Positions 56,850 to 64,000 of a stretch of 64,000 nucleotides of DNA are shown here, in pieces. Numbering within the stretch: position 1 is the stretch's first letter; each line of letters opens with the position of its first letter. The notes below the pieces were generated by a model. That model was not told the DNA's origin. It made no database searches and was given only the letters and a program-made list of their open reading frames with translations. Source of the DNA: a virus. Both the position numbers and the translations under genes were made by a program. The stretch covers positions 26,081-90,080 of IMG/VR virus record IMGVR_UViG_3300002925_000022; one strand, 5' to 3'.

Positions 56850-57410
56850 TTAGGAGGGGTTTGATGTTTCTGGAGCTATGATTTTCTTTACGATGAAGCT
56901 TTTCCAAGGGTCACAGGAGGGGCTCCATATTTCCACTATTATTCCCTCTTCGCCCAGGAGGATTTGGAGCAATTGTGATTGTCCGTGGATGATGTTTGTT
57001 TTGGGGGTATCGATTTGCCAGTTGGTTTGCCAGTTGATATGTTCTTTATAAAATTCCCTTGAGTCCACCTGGAGTTTCTTTACCACCAGCCCTTTCCTTA
57101 TTTGGTTCAATCTGAACATTTCTTTGCGGCTAGCGGCAATTAGCGAATTGTTAACCACTGGGAGATAAGGGTAGAGAGAATGGTTCTGGGCGGTTGGGAT
57201 TAGTTCTACTAACTCCCCGACCTTAAAATCTTTAAAATTTTGCCCTTCCAAGTCATACAGTTTCGCTTGAGTGTCTGTTCCACCCTTTAAGGAAGGGCTT
57301 ATGGAAGTATTCTTGACTGTTCTACCGCCGCCTACCAGTTCTTGCAGCAGTTCACGGATTTCCTGTTTCCATTTTTTCTCTGTCCCATGTTTTTTCTCTT
57401 TTTCAACCAT
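56850..57410 (-). CDS. Hypothetical protein (KOW/SH3-like core)
   Basis: FKVGELVELIP...GLVVKK...LQILLGEEGII. Confidence 0.5.
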   Translation of the reverse strand: MVEKEKKHGTEKKWKQEIRELLQELVGGGRTVKNTSISPSLKGGTDTQAKLYDLEGQNFKDFKVGELVELIPTAQNHSLYPYLPVVNNSLIAASRKEMFRLNQIRKGLVVKKLQVDSREFYKEHINWQTNWQIDTPKTNIIHGQSQLLQILLGEEGIIVEIWSPSCDPWKSFIVKKIIAPETSNPS

Positions 57411-57583
57411 TGACGTTTGCCTCTTTTTGATTATGGTTCTTTCATTGGGGAGTTCTTTTCTTTTCTGTATTTCTGGTGAGATTCTTTGTTGTTTTCTCCC
57501 AGGATGATTTCCCCCTTTACAACGTGGGAAGTCTGTTATAATGGTGGTGTGAGGGTGGGATCAAACCATGGAGAAGAGGTGAA

Positions 57584-57985
57584 ATGGGAAACGATGGAAA
57601 GCATTTGGTTTTTGTCTATGGGAGTTTGAAGAGGGGACTGTGGAACCACAGTTACCTTTCAGGTGCTACGTTTCTGGGGGAAACACGAACTCTTTCCAGG
57701 GAATTTCGAATGGAGAGTTTGGGTTCTTTCCCGGCGGTATACAAAGTTCAACGGGGAGGGGAAAGGTACGGCATCCAGGGAGAACTGTACGAGGTAACGA
57801 ACAAGGTGTTGGAAAAGCTAGATATCCTGGAGAACAATGGACGCTTTTACAATCGAGAGCTTGTGAAGCTGGCAAATGGGAAGGAAGCCTGGATGTATGT
57901 TTGTCTATACCGGTGGAGTTTAAAGAACCTAAAAGGGGTAAAGAAAGGAGGAAACAACACTTTGATTTGGCAACCAGAAACCTGA
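57584..57985 (+). CDS. Gamma-glutamylcyclotransferase (AIG2-like)
   Basis: LVFVYGSLKRGLWNH...IQGELYEV...LDILE...YNR...AWMY; TTTACA-17-TATAAT promoter at about 57516-57543. Confidence 0.92.
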   Translation: MGNDGKHLVFVYGSLKRGLWNHSYLSGATFLGETRTLSREFRMESLGSFPAVYKVQRGGERYGIQGELYEVTNKVLEKLDILENNGRFYNRELVKLANGKEAWMYVCLYRWSLKNLKGVKKGGNNTLIWQPET

Positions 57986-58091
57986 AAAGAAACGACGGAA
58001 GAGACACTGATAAGGGGGTAGGAGTTGTTCCATGTTTCAGGCATGGTACTAAACAAAACATCTGAGGCTAAGGTTATAACGTTCATTCACC

Positions 58092-58340
58092 ATGAATCAT
58101 CTGTTTACCTTTTATGTGATTTTCGTTAACATCTTTCTGAACGGATGTATGTATACTGTGCCGGATGTATCAAGGCGAACAGTACAACCGAAGGTCTGGT
58201 GCTGGAGAACCATGCAGCGAAAGCTTAACTGTTCGTCCTCCAGGGAACTTTGCGATCGGGATGAACAAGAGCACGATCAGGTGTCTTTTGCGCCTTGCCG
58301 TCCCTTTTATGGGGTTTCTGAGATTGCCCGGCAAGAATAA
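58092..58340 (+). CDS. Small Cys-containing secreted/lipoprotein-like protein
   Basis: Hydrophobic N-terminus ending LNGC, plus four further Cys. Confidence 0.4.
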   Translation: MNHLFTFYVIFVNIFLNGCMYTVPDVSRRTVQPKVWCWRTMQRKLNCSSSRELCDRDEQEHDQVSFAPCRPFYGVSEIARQE

Positions 58341-58770
58341 GGTAAAGGTATGCGGGGGAGTGTGCTAGAAGGACTATTACAAGAGATAACAAAGGCAAGG
58401 AGCGAAACAAATGCAATTGAACAAGCGTGTAAAGGTTATCGGTGGTTTCTACGATAATGAAGGGGGTGGAGAATTGGCCGTCTTCATCGAGAAGAAGTCG
58501 GTGGTGGTGGAAGAACAGAATCTTGGTGTTCTTTTCCGGCGTGATGCAGCTCTGTGCGGGATGCCGATCATCAAGATCCAGGAAACTCTGGAGAGATGTA
58601 CACCTGGATTGTTCTTCTCAAACAGTCTAGGAGGTTGATCACGGGGCAAGAGACCTGAAAGAAGATTGCGTGAGAACCATTTCGGGTTATCCGCCATTCG
58701 CCTCTAAACCATCCTGAGTAAGTTCTAAGGCATTTCTCTTATTTTTCCGAATGATAGGGAGGAGGACAGC

Positions 58771-59034
58771 ATGTTTCAGATAGAAAACTCTATCCCGTTT
58801 CGGAACGGCGTTCTTGTGCAGGGGCATTTCAGCGTTCAAAGTCCGCAGCTGTTCCCAGGGGAACAGCTTTTGGCGGAAAAGGATGGGGAAAGAGTTGGGA
58901 TCGTGAGGTTTATTGGCATTTTGAGTGCCAACTTTACTCATAATCCCGCAAATCCTCGTTATCACATTTCGGTGGCGTTCCAGGGGCCTTATCAGGTTCT
59001 TATTGGGGCCACACTCCGCAAAATGGGGAAGTAG
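58771..59034 (+). CDS. Hypothetical protein
   Basis: 87 aa with a GGAGGA RBS. Confidence 0.5.
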   Translation: MFQIENSIPFRNGVLVQGHFSVQSPQLFPGEQLLAEKDGERVGIVRFIGILSANFTHNPANPRYHISVAFQGPYQVLIGATLRKMGK

Positions 59035-59109
59035 TTGCCATTTGAAGAGAACAAGGTTCTTGACCCTGTGCGCGGCAATACCGGCCATTTAGGCCGGGGT
59101 GGATGTCAA

Positions 59110-59883
59110 ATGAAACTGACGATTTACCAGGAAGATAACGCATTGGTTCTCCCTTCCATCCCTTCGGAGACCGTTAGATTGATCTATACTGATCCTCCCT
59201 TTAACACCGGGAAGGTTCAGGCTTCGCACCGTGGTTCCTACAGGGATTCCTTTGAGGATTTTGAAAATTGGATCAAGCCTAAACTGGAAGAAATCAAGCG
59301 TATTTTAAAGGATGACGGTTCTTTGTTTGTTCACCTAGATTATCGAGAAGTCCATTATGTGAAGGTGCTCTTGGACAAGATATTTGGCCGTGAGAATTTC
59401 CAGAACGAAATCATCTGGAGCTACGACTATGGGGGTAGGTCAAAGACAAAATGGCCTTGTAAGCACAATACGATCCTTTGGTATACAAAGGATCCGAATA
59501 GGTATGTCTTTAATTACACTGAGATAGATCGTATCCCCTACATGGCTCCTGGCTTGGTAGGGCCTGCCAAGGCTGCCAGGGGGAAGGTGCCAACGGATGT
59601 CTGGTGGCAGACGATTGTCCCGACTCAAGGAAAGGAAAGAACGGGATATCCTAGCCAGAAACCGTTAGTTCTCCTAGAGAGGATTGTAAAGGTCCACAGT
59701 AGCCATGGGGATCTTATTTTGGACTGCTTTGCCGGGTCGGGGACAACAGGGGAGGCTGCCCTCAAGAACAACAGGGAAGCAATTTTGATTGATAGCAACC
59801 CGGAAGCCGTCCGAATTATGCAAAAGAGACTGGGGGCTTATAACCCAATTTTGGTCCGTACCAAAAGTACGGGGATTGCATAA
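59110..59883 (+). CDS. N6-adenine/N4-cytosine DNA methyltransferase (beta class)
   Basis: LIYTDPPFNTG, NEIIWSY, YPSQKPLVLLERI, LDCFAGSGTTG. Confidence 0.93.
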   Translation: MKLTIYQEDNALVLPSIPSETVRLIYTDPPFNTGKVQASHRGSYRDSFEDFENWIKPKLEEIKRILKDDGSLFVHLDYREVHYVKVLLDKIFGRENFQNEIIWSYDYGGRSKTKWPCKHNTILWYTKDPNRYVFNYTEIDRIPYMAPGLVGPAKAARGKVPTDVWWQTIVPTQGKERTGYPSQKPLVLLERIVKVHSSHGDLILDCFAGSGTTGEAALKNNREAILIDSNPEAVRIMQKRLGAYNPILVRTKSTGIA

Positions 59884-59968
59884 AATAATTTGGAAGGACA
59901 AAAATATGAGTGTTCGACTTGACGCAATCGAGAGGGGGGTTATAGTGCCCTCAGAAGGAGACGACGAG

Positions 59969-60277
59969 ATGAACAAAACGCTGATCACCGGCAATACATA
60001 CCCTGTTCGTGAGTCTCTTCGGGCCCTCGGGGCCAAGTGGGATCCCGGCCTGAAGGGCTGGTGGGTTCCTAACGACCGGGCTGAGGAGGCCCGGAAGCTT
60101 GTGGCCAACGCTCCGAGCGCGCCCAAGTCCCGTTACTCGTACTCAGGAACTTCCACTTTCCGCCGATTTGGTTCCTCCTCCAAGAGGAACTGGCGAAACA
60201 ACGCTCCGTGCGGGTATCCTGGGTGCCGTGGGTACGGTGACCCTCTGTGCGACGATTGCAGCGAGGGGGGATACTGA
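59969..60277 (+). CDS. Hypothetical phage protein with C-terminal Cys cluster
   Basis: GNTYPVRESLRALGAKWDP...WWVP; TTGACG-16-TATAGT promoter at 59919-59946 and an AGAAGGAG RBS. Confidence 0.7.
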   Translation: MNKTLITGNTYPVRESLRALGAKWDPGLKGWWVPNDRAEEARKLVANAPSAPKSRYSYSGTSTFRRFGSSSKRNWRNNAPCGYPGCRGYGDPLCDDCSEGGY

Positions 60278-60348
60278 AGAGGGGGACACGCTCCTGAAGA
60301 GGGGGGATTTAGTAATTTAAGAATTGCATCAATCCATGGTTTCAGCTT

Positions 60349-60606
60349 GTGCTTGCTACATCAGGGAATTTGCAGTTGACTGAATTTGGGAGTGTAGCTA
60401 TGCTGGAAAACGTTATGCAAGTTTTGCATTTTGTTTCTGATACTTCAGGTTCGATTCGCTGTGAACGGTGTGGGGGGAAGAGTGTCCTGAAGTTAAGGAC
60501 ACACAAATGGACTGATAAAGAAGAGATATTTCTGAACCCTCCCGAGGGTTTCATTCGTTGTGATACCCCTGCTTCAGAGCTAGCATCTTGGTGGCAAAAG
60601 AAATGA
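60349..60606 (+). CDS. Small Zn-ribbon-like hypothetical protein
   Basis: CERCGG motif; overlaps the start of the ligase. Confidence 0.35.
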   Translation: MLATSGNLQLTEFGSVAMLENVMQVLHFVSDTSGSIRCERCGGKSVLKLRTHKWTDKEEIFLNPPEGFIRCDTPASELASWWQKK

Positions 60607-61220
60607 AACAATACCCTTCCATCAGCAGAGAAATTTCATCAGCAGGTTCCTACCATGTTTTCGACAAATTAGACGGAAGCAATATGCGAGCGGAATGGAC
60701 GCCAAAGAAAGGATTTTGGAAATTTGGTTCGAGGACACAGCTCGTAGACATTTCCAGTCCTCTTGGTGCCAAATCTATCCCACTGATGCAGGCCCAAGAG
60801 GATCAGATCGGTTCAATCCTCAGGGATATGCGGGTCGAAGAAGCGACCTGTTACTTTGAATTCTATGGTCCTTCTTCCTTTGCAGGTGTCCACAATTGGG
60901 ACGAGGAAGGGTTTCAAGTTACCCTGTTTGATGTAGCCTTGTTCAAGAAAGGCTTCATGAGTCCGAAGGAGTTTGTTAAAGCCTTTTCCGGGAAGGTACC
61001 GACTCCTTCCCTTCTGTACGTCGGGAGCGTAACCAAAGAACTGGAAGAAAGAGTTAGGAACGGTACTCTCCCAGGGATGACATTTGAAGGTGTGGTATGC
61101 AAGGGAGCTCCGCTGAAGAAAGGCTATCCTCCACACATGTTCAAAATCAAGTCCCAAGCCTGGATTGATCGTGTGAAAACAAAGTACACTGATCCTGTTG
61201 AACTTGAAATGCTTTTATGA
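60603..61220 (+). CDS. RNA ligase-like nucleotidyltransferase (Rnl2-type adenylation domain)
   Basis: Motif I KLDGSN, III EFYG, IIIa LFDV, IV EGVV, V KIK. Confidence 0.8.
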   Translation: MKQYPSISREISSAGSYHVFDKLDGSNMRAEWTPKKGFWKFGSRTQLVDISSPLGAKSIPLMQAQEDQIGSILRDMRVEEATCYFEFYGPSSFAGVHNWDEEGFQVTLFDVALFKKGFMSPKEFVKAFSGKVPTPSLLYVGSVTKELEERVRNGTLPGMTFEGVVCKGAPLKKGYPPHMFKIKSQAWIDRVKTKYTDPVELEMLL

Positions 61221-62132
61221 ACCGTTTGGTTCATACGAGAACACGCCAGTAAATTGCGGGCGAGCAAAGAAGAAATTGTTATCAACCTGGAATGATTCTT
61301 GCATCCCCCTTCACCCATGGGGAAAAATAAAAGAAAGAAAGAAAGAAAGTGAGAGAAATTTATTGAAACCTTCCACACTTTGCTATGCCTACCCTTAAAA
61401 GAAAATAAACTCTTCCAGTTGGCGAGTCACAACCTGTGGAAGACAAGAACTGAACTGGAACCTCTGAATTCAATATAACAGTGCTAGTCTGTATTCGGGC
61501 AAATAGATAAGCCTTCCTTCTTTGCTTGATCTCAATTATCTTGGAACCCCTGAACCTCAATCATGATCGATTCTACGAGTCAAACAACATGCACCACATA
61601 GAACTTTCTAAGAGTGGGTTCTGTCAGAGAACCTGTACTTGAATTCATTTTAAACTGCGTAAGCCATCTCTTCACTCACTAAAAGAAGCCCCAGAAAGGG
61701 AGGTTTTGAAGGCCCCCAGTATCTTCCTATCTCCAGCCTGCTTCCGGGCTCTGTAAGGGCTTCTGGAGGTTTCCATGAGTGAGTTGGGGTAAATTCCCTG
61801 TAGCCCTTGTTCCTAAGGGGAGAATTTTGGCTATCATCTTTAAGAACTTTTCACTGGAACGGATGATAGTCTTTCCCCCGGGGGGAGGAGGGGGGAGGGG
61901 CTTTATTCTGTTGTTTCAACAAGAGTTCTATGGTTTTGTGTTAAGATCAAGAATGGCGCAAGGAAGGAATGAAGCAAAGGACAACAGGGGGAATTGATAG
62001 GAACACTCGGGGACTACGCTTTGTTCTTTATTGACTTCCACCCCGGCCTAAAGGCCAGCGTTGAAACGGTATTGAACCGCTTCGGCGGGTTCCTATTCTT
62101 CCTCCCCCTAAACGGCGGGGCTTCGCTGTGAC

Positions 62133-63461
62133 CTAGTAAGAGAGTGTCTGTTTGACGTTCTTGGCTTCCTTTCGGAGTTGGACAAGCAGATCGCCAGGAC
62201 GTGTTACATCTGCTGAACCTGTGGGGGTGATAACCCACAAGACTTTGGCACCATTTACATGGCCCATGATTGGAGCGTATCCGTCTGTGAGGATAATCAC
62301 TCCAGACCATCGCCCACGGTTCTTTGGAGAGTTTACAAAACTTGCAACGGCATTGAAGTCAGTGCCACCACAACGAGTTCGTCTCCAAGGGAAAGTCTTG
62401 CCTCGTTTCCAGACCTTGTGACTGTTCTCGTCAATCGACGTGTCGAAATTGAACACGTCGATTTCAGTCTCTTTTGAGGCTTTCTCGACCTCTGCGAAGG
62501 CCAACGCCACATCTTGATCGGACATTGAACCAGATTGGTCAACAAACGCTGCAAATCGAGCGATTGTGCCACGCTTTACCCCCGGGAGGAGACCCGGGGC
62601 TTTTTTGCTCACCTTTTTGATGGTGCTGATACGCTGCATGCTGCGGGCCGTTCCAAAAAACATCCTAAGGATGGACCTCCAGTCAACTTCGTGCTGGAGG
62701 GCTTTACGGATTTCGGCCTGCATTGAAGCGGGAACTGTACCCCAGGAATTCCTGGAGTCTGCTCGGTTTACGGCATTCGCGATGATCCCACGGACTTTAT
62801 CCTTGATTTGGTCTTTGATGCTTTCAGGCAGGTTTCCCCAGCCACCATGGTCGTCCAGAGTCCCAAGACCGTCACCAGTTCCACCATTTTTCTCCATTTC
62901 GTCCAGGAGTTGCTTGATCCCTTCAAAGTAGAATTCTGATGCAAGCATCGGCTTCGAATTCTTGATGAATTCCGCGACTTTCTGGTCCCTCACCTTTGAT
63001 GGAATCTTCCCAGGGATCAGAGCAAAGTTTGGAAGGACTCGTCCGCCGGACTGAACAATGATTGAGTTGATGGCCAGGTCAGTGCTAATGTTCCAGGCCA
63101 TTCCGTATCTCTCGTCCGTCACGTTCCTCTCGAAGAGGTGCTGGAGGACGACGTGGTACAGTTCATGGATGATCACTCCCTCCCGTTCGGTCGGTCGCAA
63201 AGAACGGAAGAAGTAAGGGTTGTATCCCATGAAAAGCTCGTTGGTGTCTTTGTTGACACCAACGTAAGCTGTTGAACAATTTGGATCTGGCCCCTTGGAA
63301 ATTCCTAGAGACACCCCACCCAGAAAGGGTTCGTGCATGTAGACCTGAAGAAAGTCATGCTCGAACTCCCGAGCATCGAATGTCTCCCCATCGTAGTGAG
63401 GTTGCCCCCAGAACCGGTCTTCGATGTTGGTTGTTTCTGTTGTTTCTCTTTTGTTGGCCAT
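62133..63461 (-). CDS. DUF2201-type metallopeptidase + VWA domain protein
   Basis: IIHELYHVVLQH, DLAINS, LDDHGGW, FVDQSGSM (MIDAS), CGGTDF, ILTDGY. Confidence 0.9.
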   Translation of the reverse strand: MANKRETTETTNIEDRFWGQPHYDGETFDAREFEHDFLQVYMHEPFLGGVSLGISKGPDPNCSTAYVGVNKDTNELFMGYNPYFFRSLRPTEREGVIIHELYHVVLQHLFERNVTDERYGMAWNISTDLAINSIIVQSGGRVLPNFALIPGKIPSKVRDQKVAEFIKNSKPMLASEFYFEGIKQLLDEMEKNGGTGDGLGTLDDHGGWGNLPESIKDQIKDKVRGIIANAVNRADSRNSWGTVPASMQAEIRKALQHEVDWRSILRMFFGTARSMQRISTIKKVSKKAPGLLPGVKRGTIARFAAFVDQSGSMSDQDVALAFAEVEKASKETEIDVFNFDTSIDENSHKVWKRGKTFPWRRTRCGGTDFNAVASFVNSPKNRGRWSGVIILTDGYAPIMGHVNGAKVLWVITPTGSADVTRPGDLLVQLRKEAKNVKQTLSY

Positions 63462-63651
63462 TTCTTTGAACTCCAGGAACGGTTGAACTTGCTGGAATGT
63501 CCTACCTTCTGGCAGGGTAATCTCCTTCCCAAGGATGTCAACAGAGGGAAAAAATGAACGAACCGGGTTGACGGCATTCTTCGCTTGGATATGATGACCT
63601 CACCGCTTGGTCGGGAAGGGCCCCGAAGCCAGAACCGGAGGCCAAAAGCCC

Positions 63652-63680
63652 TTGACAGGGCAATCTGTGAGTTCGATTCT
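63652..63680 (+). promoter_or_regulatory. Putative promoter TTGACA-17-GATTCT
   Basis: Upstream of the AAA gene RBS (AAAGGAG). Confidence 0.45.
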
Positions 63681-63739
63681 CACCCTTGCGGTTCAGTTGA
63701 CTGTTTTACGACTAAAACAAACACCAAAGGAGAATTGAG

Positions 63740-64000
63740 ATGGCAGCACTTGCACCGGCAGTTCAGGTTGAAATGAAGAGTTTGCAAAGGCTTCTTACAG
63801 CTTTTGGCCCGGAGATTTCCGTCTGCATCCGTGGACGGCACGCTGTGGGAAAGTCCGAGGGAACCTACCAAGCGGCCGCCGCGATGCGGTCGGACTTTTA
63901 CAAGGACGAAGGAAACTGCCGAAGGTATAACTGGACATACGAACAGGGGCTTCCAGTGGTGGAACGACGACTCTCCCAGCTCACCGAGGGTGACCTGACG
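63740..64000 (+). CDS. AAA+ ATPase (MoxR-like partner of DUF2201/VWA), partial
   Basis: Not in the ORF track. MAALAPAVQVEMKSL...CIRGRHAVGKS (Walker A variant)...VVERRLSQLTEGDLT; runs off the window. Confidence 0.8.
   Translation, partial: MAALAPAVQVEMKSLQRLLTAFGPEISVCIRGRHAVGKSEGTYQAAAAMRSDFYKDEGNCRRYNWTYEQGLPVVERRLSQLTEGDLT

Noticed and set aside
61230-62120. Possible ncRNA or decayed SH3-like gene in the ORF-poor gap
   Set aside because: Only short frames with weak resemblance and no convincing structure; insufficient evidence without a search.
63666-63690. tRNA-like T-arm GTGAG-TTCGATT-CTCAC
   Set aside because: No matching acceptor stem or 7-nt anticodon loop upstream; it overlaps a plausible -10 box instead.
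1-64000. CRISPR array
   Set aside because: All repeats found are tandem or gene-sized units; none alternates identical 25-45-nt repeats with unique spacers. The Cas4-like nuclease has no cas neighbours.
1-64000. Eukaryotic giant virus or archaeal Borg-like element as the source
   Set aside because: Contractile-tail baseplate genes, a sigma factor, sigma70 promoters and Shine-Dalgarno sites indicate a bacteriophage; tandem repeats are few and local.

Overview
This window is a segment of a large (jumbo/huge) tailed bacteriophage genome with myovirus-type baseplate genes, read in the standard genetic code. It has four blocks. (1) 1-9.3 kb: baseplate/virion genes and a phage sigma factor. (2) 9.6-29 kb: an unusually large glycan-biosynthesis cluster (8-9 glycosyltransferase domains, an intein-containing UDP-glucose dehydrogenase, a radical SAM enzyme, a SAM methyltransferase), interrupted by a GC-rich Mom-like/XF1762 GNAT insert and a DNA methylase pseudogene, and ending in a primase-polymerase/glycosyltransferase fusion. 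(3) 29-44 kb: four tandem virion-protein paralogs, a collagen fibre protein, PhoH, an Hc1 histone-like protein, a degenerate chaperonin, YkgJ and YkuK/RNase H-like genes. (4) 44-64 kb: a variable early-gene region of self-contained promoter+RBS+ORF modules (three Imm5-like paralogs, amidoligase-wHTH, five tandem SH3b-like paralogs, BRCT, GGCT, DNA methylase, RNA ligase, vWA/peptidase plus AAA ATPase). This block spans a very strong C-rich to G-rich strand-skew inversion at about 46-48 kb. A non-coding element with 13-nt TTAAGAGTTAAGG repeats occurs twice, in opposite orientation, at about 29.1 kb (upstream of the primase) and 56.7 kb. No CRISPR array, tRNA, rRNA or reverse transcriptase could be supported. 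All family assignments come from motif recognition by eye, not from database searches.
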